Counted from the first letter of the stretch, positions 26,923-37,764 are shown. The stretch: DNA of 64,000 bases from Candidatus Culexmicrobium cathedralense (GCA_025061115.1 JANZKC010000002.1:128001-192000), one strand, 5' to 3'. Translations and numbers: made by a program. The notes: a model not told the origin generated them from the sequence alone.

Positions 26923-27967
26923 CATAATTTCCGACAATTGGAATGGATTCACCGCATTTCGGACATTTTTTATTTTCAGTAAGATTGTACTTCAAAACTC
27001 TATATCCATATCTTTTTATTAGTAGTTCACCGCATTCAGGGCAGTAAGTATTTTCATAGGGATGTCCGGGGACATTTCCAATGTAAGGGAATTTAACGCC
27101 TAACTTCTTAGCTAATTTATAAGCAAATTCCAAAGTTTCAACCTTTGTTGGAGGGTTGTAAAACTTAAACGCTGGATAGTACCTTGTAAAGTGAATTGGA
27201 GTTTCAGGTCCAACCTCCTTCAGATGCCTATTTATAATCCATCGAATGCACTCCTCATCATCATTTACGCCAGTGACTATTAAATTCACTATTTCAACAT
27301 GTATCCCCATGCTCTTAGCTTCCCTTGCATTTCTCCAAACATACTCTACATTAACGCCTCCGCAGTACTTTTCATAGACTTCATCATCCCCCTTAACGTC
27401 GATCTTTAATCCATTTAAACCTGCATCTTTGAGCATTTTGAGAGCTTCCATAGTCATGTACCCATTACTCACGTAAGTATTATACAGAGAATGCATTTCA
27501 GCCAGTTTAAAGCAGTCTAGTGAATACTCAAACAGCATGAGAGGCTCATTAAAGCTAACGCATAAGCCCTCATCGCCGCGCTTCAACGCCATTTCAACAA
27601 TTCTATCTGGAGAGATGAAGTGGGCCGCCCTTGGATTTGGATGCTGCTTGCTTAAATGCCAATTTTGACACCATAAGCAGTAGAAGTTGCAGCTCCAAGT
27701 TGAAAAAGTAAGTGCAGAGGAGCCAGGCCAAAAGTGAAAGAAGGGCTTAATCTCTATAGGCCTACTCTCAACTGCACTTAAATCTCCATAAGTTAAAGTG
27801 TAGAGAACACCATCAATATTTAATCTGGTTCCGCAATACCCCTTCTTTCCAGGAGAAATTCTACATCTTCTCTCGCACAGCCCACATTCAACTACTCCAC
27901 CAGCAAGAGGCTTAAATAAAAGAGCTTTCCTAACTGTTGAGTACTTAGTTAAGTCTTTAATGAGCAT
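26897..27967 (-). CDS. amrS: AmmeMemoRadiSam system radical SAM enzyme
   Basis: CGLCERRC, PIEIKPFFHF, CNFYCLWCQNW, HFTRYYP, YIGNVPGH..ENTYCPECG. Confidence 0.9.
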   Translation of the reverse strand: MLIKDLTKYSTVRKALLFKPLAGGVVECGLCERRCRISPGKKGYCGTRLNIDGVLYTLTYGDLSAVESRPIEIKPFFHFWPGSSALTFSTWSCNFYCLWCQNWHLSKQHPNPRAAHFISPDRIVEMALKRGDEGLCVSFNEPLMLFEYSLDCFKLAEMHSLYNTYVSNGYMTMEALKMLKDAGLNGLKIDVKGDDEVYEKYCGGVNVEYVWRNAREAKSMGIHVEIVNLIVTGVNDDEECIRWIINRHLKEVGPETPIHFTRYYPAFKFYNPPTKVETLEFAYKLAKKLGVKFPYIGNVPGHPYENTYCPECGELLIKRYGYRVLKYNLTENKKCPKCGESIPIVGNYVKRISPTF

Positions 27968-28057
27968 TTCAAATTAACTCGTAGCCAAGAAGCATAATAA
28001 ACTTATGGCATAAACCTAAAAGTGCGCAATTAACATTATAATTCGCGAGGAATTGTA

Positions 28058-28846
28058 ATGCATGAGAACGTGATCCACGAAGGCGATTACGTAATCATGT
28101 ACTTGAATCGCCGCAGAACATACCTAGTTAAAGTAAAGCCAGATCAAGTACTGCACACCCATCGGGGATACGTAAAGTTAGGCGAACTAATAGGAAAAAG
28201 GTATGGAACCAAAGTTAAAAGCCACCTCGGATACACATTCACAGCCTTAAAGCCAAATTTAAAAGACTTCATCTTCAAGTTCGCCAGGAAAACTCAGATA
28301 ATATATCCTAAGGACATCGCGCTAATCATAATATATACGGGAATAGGGCCTGGATGGAAAGTTGTTGAAGCAGGAACAGGTTCAGGAGCATTGACGAGCG
28401 CACTCGCATACTACGTTAAACCTAACGGCAAAGTTTACAGCTATGACATTAGGGAAGAGGCACTTGAAGTTGCGAGAAAAAATCTTGAAAAAGCTGGACT
28501 ACTAGACTCTGTAGAGCTCAAATTAAAGGACGTTACTCAAGGAATAGATGAAAGAAATGTGGATGCAGTTGTACTTGACTTAGCAACTCCATGGCTGGTA
28601 GTACCCCACGCCTATGAGGCTCTCGCGGATTGGGGCGTATTTGCAAGCTACAGTCCAACAATAGATCAAGTTGTCAAAACCGTAGAAGCTTTGAAGAACG
28701 AGGGATTCATAGCAATAGAATGCCTAGAGTGCCTAGTAAGGAGAATTAAGGCTGTGCCCGGAGAAACTAGACCTGAAACTTTAATGATCGGACACACCGG
28801 ATACATAGTAATTGCAAGAAAAAGCATTCGGGAGGAGATTGATTGA
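28058..28846 (+). CDS. trmI: tRNA (adenine-N1)-methyltransferase (m1A58/57)
   Basis: TQIIYPKD, VVEAGTGSGALT, LDLATPW, TRP...MIGHTGY. Confidence 0.95.
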   Translation: MHENVIHEGDYVIMYLNRRRTYLVKVKPDQVLHTHRGYVKLGELIGKRYGTKVKSHLGYTFTALKPNLKDFIFKFARKTQIIYPKDIALIIIYTGIGPGWKVVEAGTGSGALTSALAYYVKPNGKVYSYDIREEALEVARKNLEKAGLLDSVELKLKDVTQGIDERNVDAVVLDLATPWLVVPHAYEALADWGVFASYSPTIDQVVKTVEALKNEGFIAIECLECLVRRIKAVPGETRPETLMIGHTGYIVIARKSIREEID

Positions 28847-30420
28847 GCAAAAAAATACTCATATCAATAATAATATTATTGCTCCTAACAACAGTAATAA
28901 ATATAAAAACAACATATGCAAAAACTAACTTAAAATCATCTGGAAAATACAACTTCATCATAAATGTTGATGATGACGGCGAAATTGAAGTGAAAATAAA
29001 CTACCATTCCGACTTAAATGAGGGCAGCTCATGGGTTTTAGTGCCAAAAAACTTCACGAGCTGGACATTAAAGATTTTAAAAGGCGAAATCGAGAGTTCC
29101 AAGCTAAAAGACGCTTACACAACAACTGGTGAAAAGTACGTATTTTACAGCAACTTCACATACAACTACACCGGAGCCAATGGCTTTGAAATGCAAATAA
29201 CCTATCAAATGGATTATGGCTCAATAATAGTTGAGCCGCAATGCTTTTTCTTCTCACCTCAAATAGGCTTCAGCCCATTTGACAGCGGCATCGTCCACAT
29301 ATTCTTCCCAAAAAGCGCTGAACTAGATATGAATAAAATGCAGCCTAAACCGGAGGGAATTCAAGAAAAGCCAAATGCATATGTTGCTACATTCTACCTC
29401 CAAAACAATATGGCAAGAATAGCCATCGAATACACAACGACTAATCAGCCAAACATTACTAGAGTTGAGAGCGGCATATTTACAGTTGAAACTCCTACGC
29501 GCTACTTGGACCTAGCTGAAAGATTACTTAAAGCATATGATAAGGTGTACTACAACTTAACGGAGATATTCGCAGTTAACCTGACGGAGGTAAAGGTAAA
29601 GTTCTATGCGCCAACAATGGAAGACCTTTGGATTGGAGGCTACATACCATTTAACGGAACTTACCTTGGAGAAATAAATCTAAACCTATTCTACGTGAGA
29701 ACCTCCTTAGGATACTGGGAGCAAATAGCAATCCACGAGCTAGTGCACCACTTTGTCTGGGCAGCAGGAATAACTCCAAATCTCCTATGGTTCCATGAAG
29801 GCTTAGCTGAGTACATTAGCTTCACACTAACTTTAAGAGCCGGCTGGACTGGAGCTGAAGTAAATAGAGAAAGGCTCGAGAAACTAGCCGAATTATTAAA
29901 GCCAAATCTGGGATTCATACAGGATTGGAAGCCTGGAAAAGCCTATGGAAACATCATTATGTACTACGCAGCATCATACGAGGTAGTTAAAGGAATAGCT
30001 GAAAGTCGCGGTGGAATTCAATTCTACAGTAAATTCTTTAGGCAAATAAGAAATCTGCATAATTTAACTTCAACCGACGTACTCATCTATTACTTAAGTA
30101 AATGCGCAAATGAGGATTTAACTCCAAAATTCATTCAATGGCACTTCAACGTAGTGAACGTTTGCGCAGTGCATGAAGCGATCAAGGAAGGAAAAACAAT
30201 TACAAACAGGCAGTTGCCCATAGCTCAACCATGGTTAACAATAGCTAGAAAACTTCTAGAGCAGGCTGAAGAAGCATTGGACCGAGGGGATTTGAGAGAG
30301 GCAATCATGAAAGCACTTATGGGAGGATTTATAGCGAAAACATCTTTAACCCTAACCTTGCTAACTGTCATTGGAGTAACACTTATAATCATGAGGCGAA
30401 TTACTCGTGAAGAAATTTGA
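28843..30420 (+). CDS. Secreted, C-terminally anchored gluzincin-type metallopeptidase
   Basis: Signal peptide, HELVHH...WFHEGLAEY zinc motif, C-terminal TM helix with basic tail. Confidence 0.8.
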   Translation: MSKKILISIIILLLLTTVINIKTTYAKTNLKSSGKYNFIINVDDDGEIEVKINYHSDLNEGSSWVLVPKNFTSWTLKILKGEIESSKLKDAYTTTGEKYVFYSNFTYNYTGANGFEMQITYQMDYGSIIVEPQCFFFSPQIGFSPFDSGIVHIFFPKSAELDMNKMQPKPEGIQEKPNAYVATFYLQNNMARIAIEYTTTNQPNITRVESGIFTVETPTRYLDLAERLLKAYDKVYYNLTEIFAVNLTEVKVKFYAPTMEDLWIGGYIPFNGTYLGEINLNLFYVRTSLGYWEQIAIHELVHHFVWAAGITPNLLWFHEGLAEYISFTLTLRAGWTGAEVNRERLEKLAELLKPNLGFIQDWKPGKAYGNIIMYYAASYEVVKGIAESRGGIQFYSKFFRQIRNLHNLTSTDVLIYYLSKCANEDLTPKFIQWHFNVVNVCAVHEAIKEGKTITNRQLPIAQPWLTIARKLLEQAEEALDRGDLREAIMKALMGGFIAKTSLTLTLLTVIGVTLIIMRRITREEI

Positions 30421-31180
30421 AGAGGAAAAAGTCGTGAAGATCTTCGGCCTTAGAGGAATTCCGATAATAAAGGAAGGAGATGACATCGCTAAAATAATTT
30501 GCGAAGCAGCTGAAAGTCAAGGTATAGGAATTCGAGATGGAGATGTAATTGTCATCGCAAGCAAAATAGTAGCAAAAGCCGAAGGCCAAATCATAAATTT
30601 AGATGAAATCAAGCCATCCCCATTCGCAATAAGAGTTGGCGAGCTAATGAATAAAGATCCGCGATTAGTTGAGCTCATACTAAGAGAAAGTAACAAAGTA
30701 GTCAAGATGAAGTTCCGCCATCTAATAGTCGAAACCAAGCACGGCTTTGTCTGCGCAAACGCAGGAATAGATCGAAGCAACGTAGCAGGTCAAAAAAACA
30801 TAGTTTCACTACTACCAAAAGATCCAGATGAATCAGCCAGAAAGATACGAGAAAGAATTAGGGAGCTTAAGGGAGTGGATGTCGCAGTAATTATTTCAGA
30901 CACATTTGGAAGAGCATGGAGAGCAGGACATGTGAATTTTGCAATTGGAATATCCGGAATGAAACCGATAAGAGACTATAGAGGCGAAAATGACATGTTC
31001 GGCTATACTCTAAGAGTAACGCAAATGGCAGTTGCAGACGAATTGGCAGCAGCCGCAGAACTAGTAATGGGAAAAGCCGATGGAATACCAGTAGCAATAA
31101 TTCGCGGATACGACTACCCCAGAGGAGAAGGAAGCTCCAAGGATTTGATATACCCAGAGGAAAAAGACTTGTTTAGATAA
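30407..31180 (+). CDS. cofE: Coenzyme F420-0:L-glutamate ligase
   Basis: SKIVAKAEG, CANAGIDRSN, DTFGRAWR, ADELAAAAELVMG, C-terminal DLFR. Confidence 0.93.
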   Translation: MKKFEEEKVVKIFGLRGIPIIKEGDDIAKIICEAAESQGIGIRDGDVIVIASKIVAKAEGQIINLDEIKPSPFAIRVGELMNKDPRLVELILRESNKVVKMKFRHLIVETKHGFVCANAGIDRSNVAGQKNIVSLLPKDPDESARKIRERIRELKGVDVAVIISDTFGRAWRAGHVNFAIGISGMKPIRDYRGENDMFGYTLRVTQMAVADELAAAAELVMGKADGIPVAIIRGYDYPRGEGSSKDLIYPEEKDLFR

Positions 31181-31869
31181 TAAAATCTAATGCCTAAATC
31201 AACAAACTCCAAAGCACAAACTCAAACAAAACTTCACTAAAACATGAAATCAACATCTATTTTAAAGAAATAATGGTCAACTTGAATCCACATAACTCAC
31301 TTGCAACAAACGCAATCATCTAAATTTCATCTCAATCGAAAGACTCGAACGCAATCACCTCCAAAGAGATCGTTCCAGCATGATTCGGTGAAGAATGGCT
31401 AGCAGCAACTGCAAAAGCCTCATTCAACTTCACCACTCACAATCAAAATAAAAATCTCATAAATCAAATAACTGCTAATGGACAATATAAATAAAGTGAT
31501 CAACAAAGAAGAATTACATCAACATGGCACGCCAAACCCGCATTCTCAACTACGAACAACAATTAAGTAAAGGTTTTCCACATATTTACAATGAAATTGT
31601 AAAAAGGATGCAAAAATAGAAAAACCATAAAAAAGGGACGGGAATGCCGTTTTTCCCCAAAAAGAAGAATAGAGAGCAGAGAAAAGGATTAGAAATCAGA
31701 AATTATCTGAACAAAAAGAAAATAGCCAGCAAATACCTGTTTAGCTTAAAAACAATCAGAAGATGCCAGATTAAAATTAATTTAAAGCGAAAATTGCAGA
31801 TTAAAATTAAAAATTTCCGAGCAGAAAGCTTTTTAAGTAAGTTTGAGTCTTCAAAAAAGACTAGGTGAG

Positions 31870-32232
31870 ATGTACAGCCAAATTCAGGTCGGGAGGGCGA
31901 TAGGTCGCCACATATATGGGAGTCTGTATGGATGCGAAGAAAGTAAATTAAGTAGCCCAGAATATCTTAGAGAAATCGTTATTAAAGCTGTTGAAGTTGC
32001 AAAAGCGAAGTTATGTGAAATCTGCGCACATAGCGTTGAAGACTATGTAGCAGCTATTGCCATTGTTATGGAATCCCACATTGCAATTCACGCTTGGCCA
32101 AAGCATAGCTATGCGACAGTAGATGTATATACTTGTGGAGATACGGATGCCGAAGCTGCATTCGACTACATAATAGAAAAATTGAAGCCTGAGAAATATA
32201 CAAAATACAAGGTGGATAGATCTAATAGCTAG
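31870..32232 (+). CDS. speD: Pyruvoyl-dependent S-adenosylmethionine/arginine decarboxylase proenzyme
   Basis: GRHIYGSLYGC, ESHIAIHAWP self-cleavage site, VDVYTCG; AGGTGA RBS. Confidence 0.88.
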   Translation: MYSQIQVGRAIGRHIYGSLYGCEESKLSSPEYLREIVIKAVEVAKAKLCEICAHSVEDYVAAIAIVMESHIAIHAWPKHSYATVDVYTCGDTDAEAAFDYIIEKLKPEKYTKYKVDRSNS

Positions 32233-32255
32233 CACAGCGTATTGGAGGATGATCC

Positions 32256-32771
32256 GTGGAAGGGAAGGTATATAAGTGCGTGTACTGTGGCAAGGAAGGG
32301 CCGAGCGAAATCTGCGAAAAATGCTTAAGCGAAAGAAATGCTGAACGACTAAAGAGGGAGACACTATTTAAAGTAGATGGCTTAATGCCACTCAACATTT
32401 TCAGAAAGTTTCTATTAATTGCAATTGCAAGAAATCTGCCGTCCATAATAAATGAGTACTTCAGCAGTAAAAACCTTTTCCCTGAAATTGAAGGAAGAAT
32501 TAAAATTCACGCATTAAGAAGGGAAATTATAGGAAGTTTCGAAATTAAAAGCGGAGAAATCGTTGATATAATTAGAGCTGAGAAAATTGAGAAAATCACA
32601 TACAAGAGCAGAAGTAAACTCACCAATCTGAAGTGGAGATCTATACATAGAGATAAGGGGGAAGTTAGAGGGGTAGCTACTGCATGGACGCTCAAAAACT
32701 TACTGGTCGCTGGAGCTAACTTAAACGCATTCACAATTAGGCCATTGATAATATCAAATAAGAAAGTTTAG
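32256..32771 (+). CDS. Hypothetical protein with N-terminal zinc finger
   Basis: CVYCG...ICEKC; GGAGG RBS; directly downstream of speD. Confidence 0.7.
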   Translation: MEGKVYKCVYCGKEGPSEICEKCLSERNAERLKRETLFKVDGLMPLNIFRKFLLIAIARNLPSIINEYFSSKNLFPEIEGRIKIHALRREIIGSFEIKSGEIVDIIRAEKIEKITYKSRSKLTNLKWRSIHRDKGEVRGVATAWTLKNLLVAGANLNAFTIRPLIISNKKV

Positions 32772-34273
32772 CTGAATATTAGCGAAAGCAGGTCAGTTAT
32801 GGGCTTCGGGTAGATTCCCAGAAGAACTGTTATGAAGGCTAGTATGAACATTGGAATAGTGACAGTTAAAGGTGCTTCATGAACGCCATTTAAGTGCTCT
32901 GGCAGTGGTCCAAAGAATATCCTTCTAATGGCCCAAAGGGCATATCCTGCAGTTAATACTGATCCAATTAATGCTAGAGCAGTGAGAATTATGCGCGTCA
33001 TGTCCTGAACTTCAACTGCACCCGCATATGCGCCAGTGAATATTAGCCATTCACTTTGAAAGCCATTCAGAGGAGGAGTGCCAGCAATACCTAAGAAACC
33101 TATCATTGCACATAAAGCCGTTAATGGCATTTTGCCAGCTAATCCGCCAAGCTTGCTTATACTACGTATACCGTGTGTTTGCAACATAATTGCCCCAGCC
33201 ATCATGAATAGAATCGCTTTGCAGGTGCCGTGACTTACATAGTGGAACATCGAACCTGCAATTCCCTGCGGATAGCTACTTGCAATTCCAAATAAGAGAT
33301 AGCCCATTTGAGATATGCTTGAATATGCTAATAGCCTTTTAATGTCATCTTGAGCTAAAGCCATCAAGCCGCCATAAACCATTGTAATCAGAGCTAAAAT
33401 GCTGAAGGCCAATGAAAACTGCTCAAAAACTTCTGGGAAAATCAGGTAAGCTAATCTTACAAGCGCATAGCCTCCCAAACCAATCATTGCTGGCGAAAGT
33501 AGAGCGCTGATAGGAGTTGGAGCTTCAGCGTGCGCATCAGGAAGCCACGTGTGAAGCGGCACAATAGCCATTTTGACAGCAAAGCCGAGAAACATTGCAA
33601 ATATGATCCACCTAACAAAGCCTACCTGTAACAGCTCACCTCTAGTTAAATTCATTATCGCCAACACGTCGAAAGTGCCAAAAGCAGCGTAGATAGCCAG
33701 TATTCCTGCTAAAAGCGAAAGCGCTCCAATGTGCGTGTAAATAAAGTACTTAAAAGCTATCTTCTCTCGCTCTCCATAGCCCCAAATGTTTATCATAGCC
33801 CATGAAGGTATCAACATCAACTCCCAGAAGAAGTAGAACTGTATTAGATTTGCAGATAAAGCAGTTCCAAGCATTCCGACAGCATATAGCAGAAACAGTG
33901 CATAGTAGGCTCCATGCTCCTTACTAGTCTCCCCAATCTTATGCTCCATATAAGGCATCGAGAATATCGAGACAACGGTGCACAAGATTGCTACAGTCAA
34001 AGCAATTGGAGTGCTCAGCCCATCAGCAAGCAAGGTGAAATTTAAGCCAGCTGAGGGAGCTAACGGCCATACTCCAAGCACTGCGCCGCTCGACGCAACA
34101 TAGCTTGTCAAGTATATTGTTATAAGCGATGTGTAAGCTAATGGTATGAAGGCAACCCAGCCTGTTTTCCAATTAAGCCATCTACTTGCAATGTAAGCTA
34201 TAGGCACGAATATTAGCGGCACAATAATGATTTGTAAAAGCAAATCTTCAATAGCCACGTGCCACCCTCCCAC
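32768..34273 (-). CDS. nuoM: NuoM/MrpD-like antiporter subunit of membrane-bound hydrogenase
   Basis: FFWELMLIP, FAVKMAIVPLHTWLPDAHAEAPTP, KRLLAYSSISQMG, GF.SE. True start may be GTG 34258. Confidence 0.88.
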   Translation of the reverse strand: MGGWHVAIEDLLLQIIIVPLIFVPIAYIASRWLNWKTGWVAFIPLAYTSLITIYLTSYVASSGAVLGVWPLAPSAGLNFTLLADGLSTPIALTVAILCTVVSIFSMPYMEHKIGETSKEHGAYYALFLLYAVGMLGTALSANLIQFYFFWELMLIPSWAMINIWGYGEREKIAFKYFIYTHIGALSLLAGILAIYAAFGTFDVLAIMNLTRGELLQVGFVRWIIFAMFLGFAVKMAIVPLHTWLPDAHAEAPTPISALLSPAMIGLGGYALVRLAYLIFPEVFEQFSLAFSILALITMVYGGLMALAQDDIKRLLAYSSISQMGYLLFGIASSYPQGIAGSMFHYVSHGTCKAILFMMAGAIMLQTHGIRSISKLGGLAGKMPLTALCAMIGFLGIAGTPPLNGFQSEWLIFTGAYAGAVEVQDMTRIILTALALIGSVLTAGYALWAIRRIFFGPLPEHLNGVHEAPLTVTIPMFILAFITVLLGIYPKPITDLLSLIFS

Positions 34274-34339
34274 GCTGTAGGCACAACTATTGCATATGGC
34301 TGTCTATACCATTCATATAAAACATTTATGCTAGAACTA

Positions 34340-35806
34340 TTAATCGTCTGAAGGTTCATTCACGTGATTCGCCCTCAAGATTCGGGGAACTACATCGCTT
34401 AACACTCGGTCCACCTCAAGCTTAACTTTATCATATAATTTATCCGAAATTACGCCCTTCTCAAGAGCTCTATCAAGCTTATCCTCATCTAGCACAACAA
34501 CCTTTCCACTATTAAATACACATACGTCAACTTCAAGGTCGATGTACCTAATATTTCTCGGATAAAGCTCAACTGGAGTGTTGATGTTGATGTAAGCGCC
34601 CTTAAATTCACCCTTACTGGAATAGTACTTCGTCTCCACGTGCCAACTACCTACGCTGGCGTCAGTAATGGCATAGTCTCCAGGTTGCTTCTCAACTTCA
34701 AGGCCATCGTAGAAGCCACGGCCATAAATGTTTCTCCTAAGCCTTATGCGCCCGGAATCCACATTAATAAGCTCAACCACAGCTCTTCCAAGATTAATTT
34801 CCTTCCCACTTAATTTAACATGACAAATTCCAATCACATCGCCTTCGCAAGGCAAATTCATTTGAAAAATCTGCTCAAAAGAGCACAAAACGCTTTCTTC
34901 AGCATACCCCCTCCTCAATAAGTTTTCAGCCATGTCAACTGACATCGACAAATCAGCGCTAAAGGCTTTATAGTAATGATGACCTGGAATCGTCGGCGTA
35001 ACTTGCCTTCTTATTTCGTCTAAAATCCTCTTCGACTCATATGGGAACTCAATGTTGAGAAGCACTTGCCCCTCAAGAAGTAAAGATGGAGCATTCGATT
35101 TCGCCATTACCTCAATTAAATTGTGCCACCTTTCAAGAAGGAAGTCAACTTCCCTCTTAAGCTCCTCTTCAGAGGCTGTTGCAGCAGCAGTTCTCCAAAC
35201 TATGCCCCAGCCTTCGGGCTTCACCTTTAAACCATAGTTTATCAGACATTCTCTGACTTCCTTATCTTTAATTCTCCTACTAACTTTCACGCGGTTCTCG
35301 GGAATGAGAATTGCATACTTACCTGCAATTTTAATTTTATCCGAGAGAACAGGGCATTTGCTGCCCAAATTAGTTCTTTCAACTTGAACTAAAACTTCCT
35401 TCACTCCCTCACTAAGAGGCTTTGAAGGATATAGTATGCCAATAACATCCTCGTCAATTTGAATAAATGCAGCTTCACCGGACCTATCCAAGTGCTTTAC
35501 CAGCCCCTTATATATTCCTCCAACTTGGGGCTTCCATTTCCGCACAATTACGTCCAGAAGCCTACTTTGGAGTGAAGATGCCAAGCGACTCCATGCATTA
35601 GTTGCGCACAGCGCATAAACTCCCTGCTTGTCACTCCTATCGAATATGTCAATGTCAATTGGCTTTAACGTCTCATGCCCGCCGAAATTAAACCTCTCTT
35701 CAATCACTGCTGAAGGCTGAACTATTTCATAGCCTTCATCGATAAGCAGCTTCGTCAGTGCTGTCGAGTAAATTCCTCGCACCCTCACTTTGAACATCTC
35801 ACGCAC
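34340..35806 (-). CDS. fau-1: FAU-1 RNA-binding ribonuclease (RNase E/G-like plus DUF402)
   Basis: VRVRGIYSTALTKLL, GIVWRT, GHHYYK, YDGL, YININTPVE, YIDLEVDV. Confidence 0.9.
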   Translation of the reverse strand: MREMFKVRVRGIYSTALTKLLIDEGYEIVQPSAVIEERFNFGGHETLKPIDIDIFDRSDKQGVYALCATNAWSRLASSLQSRLLDVIVRKWKPQVGGIYKGLVKHLDRSGEAAFIQIDEDVIGILYPSKPLSEGVKEVLVQVERTNLGSKCPVLSDKIKIAGKYAILIPENRVKVSRRIKDKEVRECLINYGLKVKPEGWGIVWRTAAATASEEELKREVDFLLERWHNLIEVMAKSNAPSLLLEGQVLLNIEFPYESKRILDEIRRQVTPTIPGHHYYKAFSADLSMSVDMAENLLRRGYAEESVLCSFEQIFQMNLPCEGDVIGICHVKLSGKEINLGRAVVELINVDSGRIRLRRNIYGRGFYDGLEVEKQPGDYAITDASVGSWHVETKYYSSKGEFKGAYININTPVELYPRNIRYIDLEVDVCVFNSGKVVVLDEDKLDRALEKGVISDKLYDKVKLEVDRVLSDVVPRILRANHVNEPSDD

Positions 35807-35808
35807 CT

Positions 35809-36846
35809 TTAAAGCTTTACAATTTCAAAAATTTTTCCAATACTTTTAACTTTGAAATCAACACCTAAAATTTTCTCGCAAAGCTTAATGTTCGTTGAAA
35901 TGTGCTCCGTAATCGACCTAACCAAGTAAGATGATGAGCCTTTTGCTAGAGCTGCATACATTACGAGCATGTCTCCCAAATGAATATCCACTGTTGCATT
36001 TGAATGCAACTCATCGAGTAATTTCCTAGCAGCTTCTCTACCTACTATCTCGCTTAACTTACCTAGTGCACCAATTGCATCAGCTCCAATTTTTGATTTA
36101 CATAAAGAGTCAGCCCATAAAGCAATTGAACTTCCCTTTTGAAGCTCATTGGAAAAGTCATATATGACTTCGATCTCCACATTTTCGAAGCCAGCTTCTC
36201 TAAGAAGCTTAGTTGCTGCACTCGCCTGCCTCTCAGCAACTTTCCTCTCCTTAAGGTAAGTGCAAACCGACACGCCTGAAACCGCTTCAATTTCGCCTCT
36301 CTCAGTGAAATTCATGGAGTTTAACTTCCCAGTTGGATTTACCTTTAATACCGCCTCTCCCATCCCCTTTGGGTAATATCCATACCGTTTCACTTCAATA
36401 TCAGCTTGCAACCCCAGCCAACTTAAAACTGGAAGAAGAACATGCTTCAAGTAGTTTATTGTAGGTGACATATGAACGTCAGTTCCACCATTAATCACGT
36501 GAATTTCAACAGGTCTATCAGCAAAAGCGCATATGGGCAGCACTGCCAGGAACAGCATTGGAATGCTGCCTGCACTGCCAATTTCCACCTTGTAATAACC
36601 TCCCCTAATTCTATCGGGCTTAAAATGAAGCTCGCATGAACCAACTGAAGCCCCTTCAACAACTGCATTACATAGATTGGCAGCGGTTAAAACTGATTTT
36701 AAGTGCTGAAGCCTCAATCCAGGAGGCTTACGCTTAGCCCTTATATTGAATATCCTAAGTTCCTCACCTAAAATGGCTGCTGAGCACACTGCCAATCTTA
36801 AAACAGTTCCACTTCCAGTGCCAAAAGAACCATCTACAATGAGCAT
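35809..36846 (-). CDS. rtcA: RNA 3'-terminal phosphate cyclase
   Basis: DGS.G.GSG.VLR, IRAKR..PGL..QH, GGTDV..SP, GYYPKG.G, VD.HLGD, TEHI.TN. Confidence 0.9.
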   Translation of the reverse strand: MLIVDGSFGTGSGTVLRLAVCSAAILGEELRIFNIRAKRKPPGLRLQHLKSVLTAANLCNAVVEGASVGSCELHFKPDRIRGGYYKVEIGSAGSIPMLFLAVLPICAFADRPVEIHVINGGTDVHMSPTINYLKHVLLPVLSWLGLQADIEVKRYGYYPKGMGEAVLKVNPTGKLNSMNFTERGEIEAVSGVSVCTYLKERKVAERQASAATKLLREAGFENVEIEVIYDFSNELQKGSSIALWADSLCKSKIGADAIGALGKLSEIVGREAARKLLDELHSNATVDIHLGDMLVMYAALAKGSSSYLVRSITEHISTNIKLCEKILGVDFKVKSIGKIFEIVKL

Positions 36847-36892
36847 TTAATTCACGCTTTTATTTTAAGGGGAAGCAGGGATAAGAACTTAC

Positions 36893-37690
36893 TCATGACT
36901 CTAGGCTGTCGACGTCTATGCGTTCATCAACTCCATGTGCGAGCTTTGAAAGTTCGCTGAAATCAAGCTCAGGGCTGAATGGCGCAAAACCATAGACAAC
37001 AGCGCCTCATTGAAGCTTTTGAGCATTTGAACGATTCAATTGAAACTCCCCGAATATCAAAGCAATTCTCGGAAAGTTTAGAGTATACTTTTCATCTTGG
37101 CCAGACAGTAACCTGAAATCAACAGCGACTTCGCATTCACTTGGAATAACGTTCACTTTACCTCCTCCACGAACAACAGTTACTGCAATAGTCATTCCAG
37201 TTAAAGCCTTGAGAAAAGCTACTAGTGATGGCCCATTCCTTTCAATTCGAGAGAACAGCAAACCACCAATACGTGATAAGAGAAACCTTGAAAGGATCAT
37301 ATCTTTAAAGCCGAACTTTAATGATAGTAGCTTGTCAAGCATTCTCCTTAACGGCTTCGAGGTACACTTTTGGTGGCTTAAAACGGCATAATTTCATTAT
37401 TGCCTCAGCCATACTTAAAATAGCATTCTCAGAAGCATATGGCATAGAAGCGTGGCCAGCTTTATCCTTGAAACTTCAACTTAACATGAAAAGCACCCTC
37501 TTCACTTACATCGACCAGGTAAAAAAAATCCCACCGATTTTAATTGAAGCGCCGCCTCCCTCATTTATTACGTAGTTGGCTTTAACCTTTTCAGACATGT
37601 TCTTAACTATCCAGCCTAGCCTGCGTCCCCCGCCCATCTCCTCATCAGCTGTCGACGCATAGATTAGCGTGTACTTAGGCTTAACGAAAA
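36893..37690 (-). pseudogene. Degraded M20/M25/M40 metallopeptidase gene
   Basis: Fragments in different frames: STADEEMGG, YVINEGGG, AGHASMP..ENAI, GGKVNVIP...VDFRLL, YGFAP, AHGVDERI. Frameshifts, stops and a missing N-terminus. Confidence 0.85.
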
Positions 37691-37764
37691 TAAGCTAAAA
37701 TTCATTTGGATAAAAGCAAAAGCCAAGCGTGAAAATTTTAAGGAATGCCTCAACAAACATAAAT

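Noticed and set aside
31644-31868. 74-aa Lys-rich ORF upstream of speD
   Set aside because: It is a low-complexity translation of A-rich DNA that runs across the speD promoter and the direct repeats.
37007-37342. 111-aa ORF as an independent gene
   Set aside because: It is an internal fragment of the M20 peptidase pseudogene.
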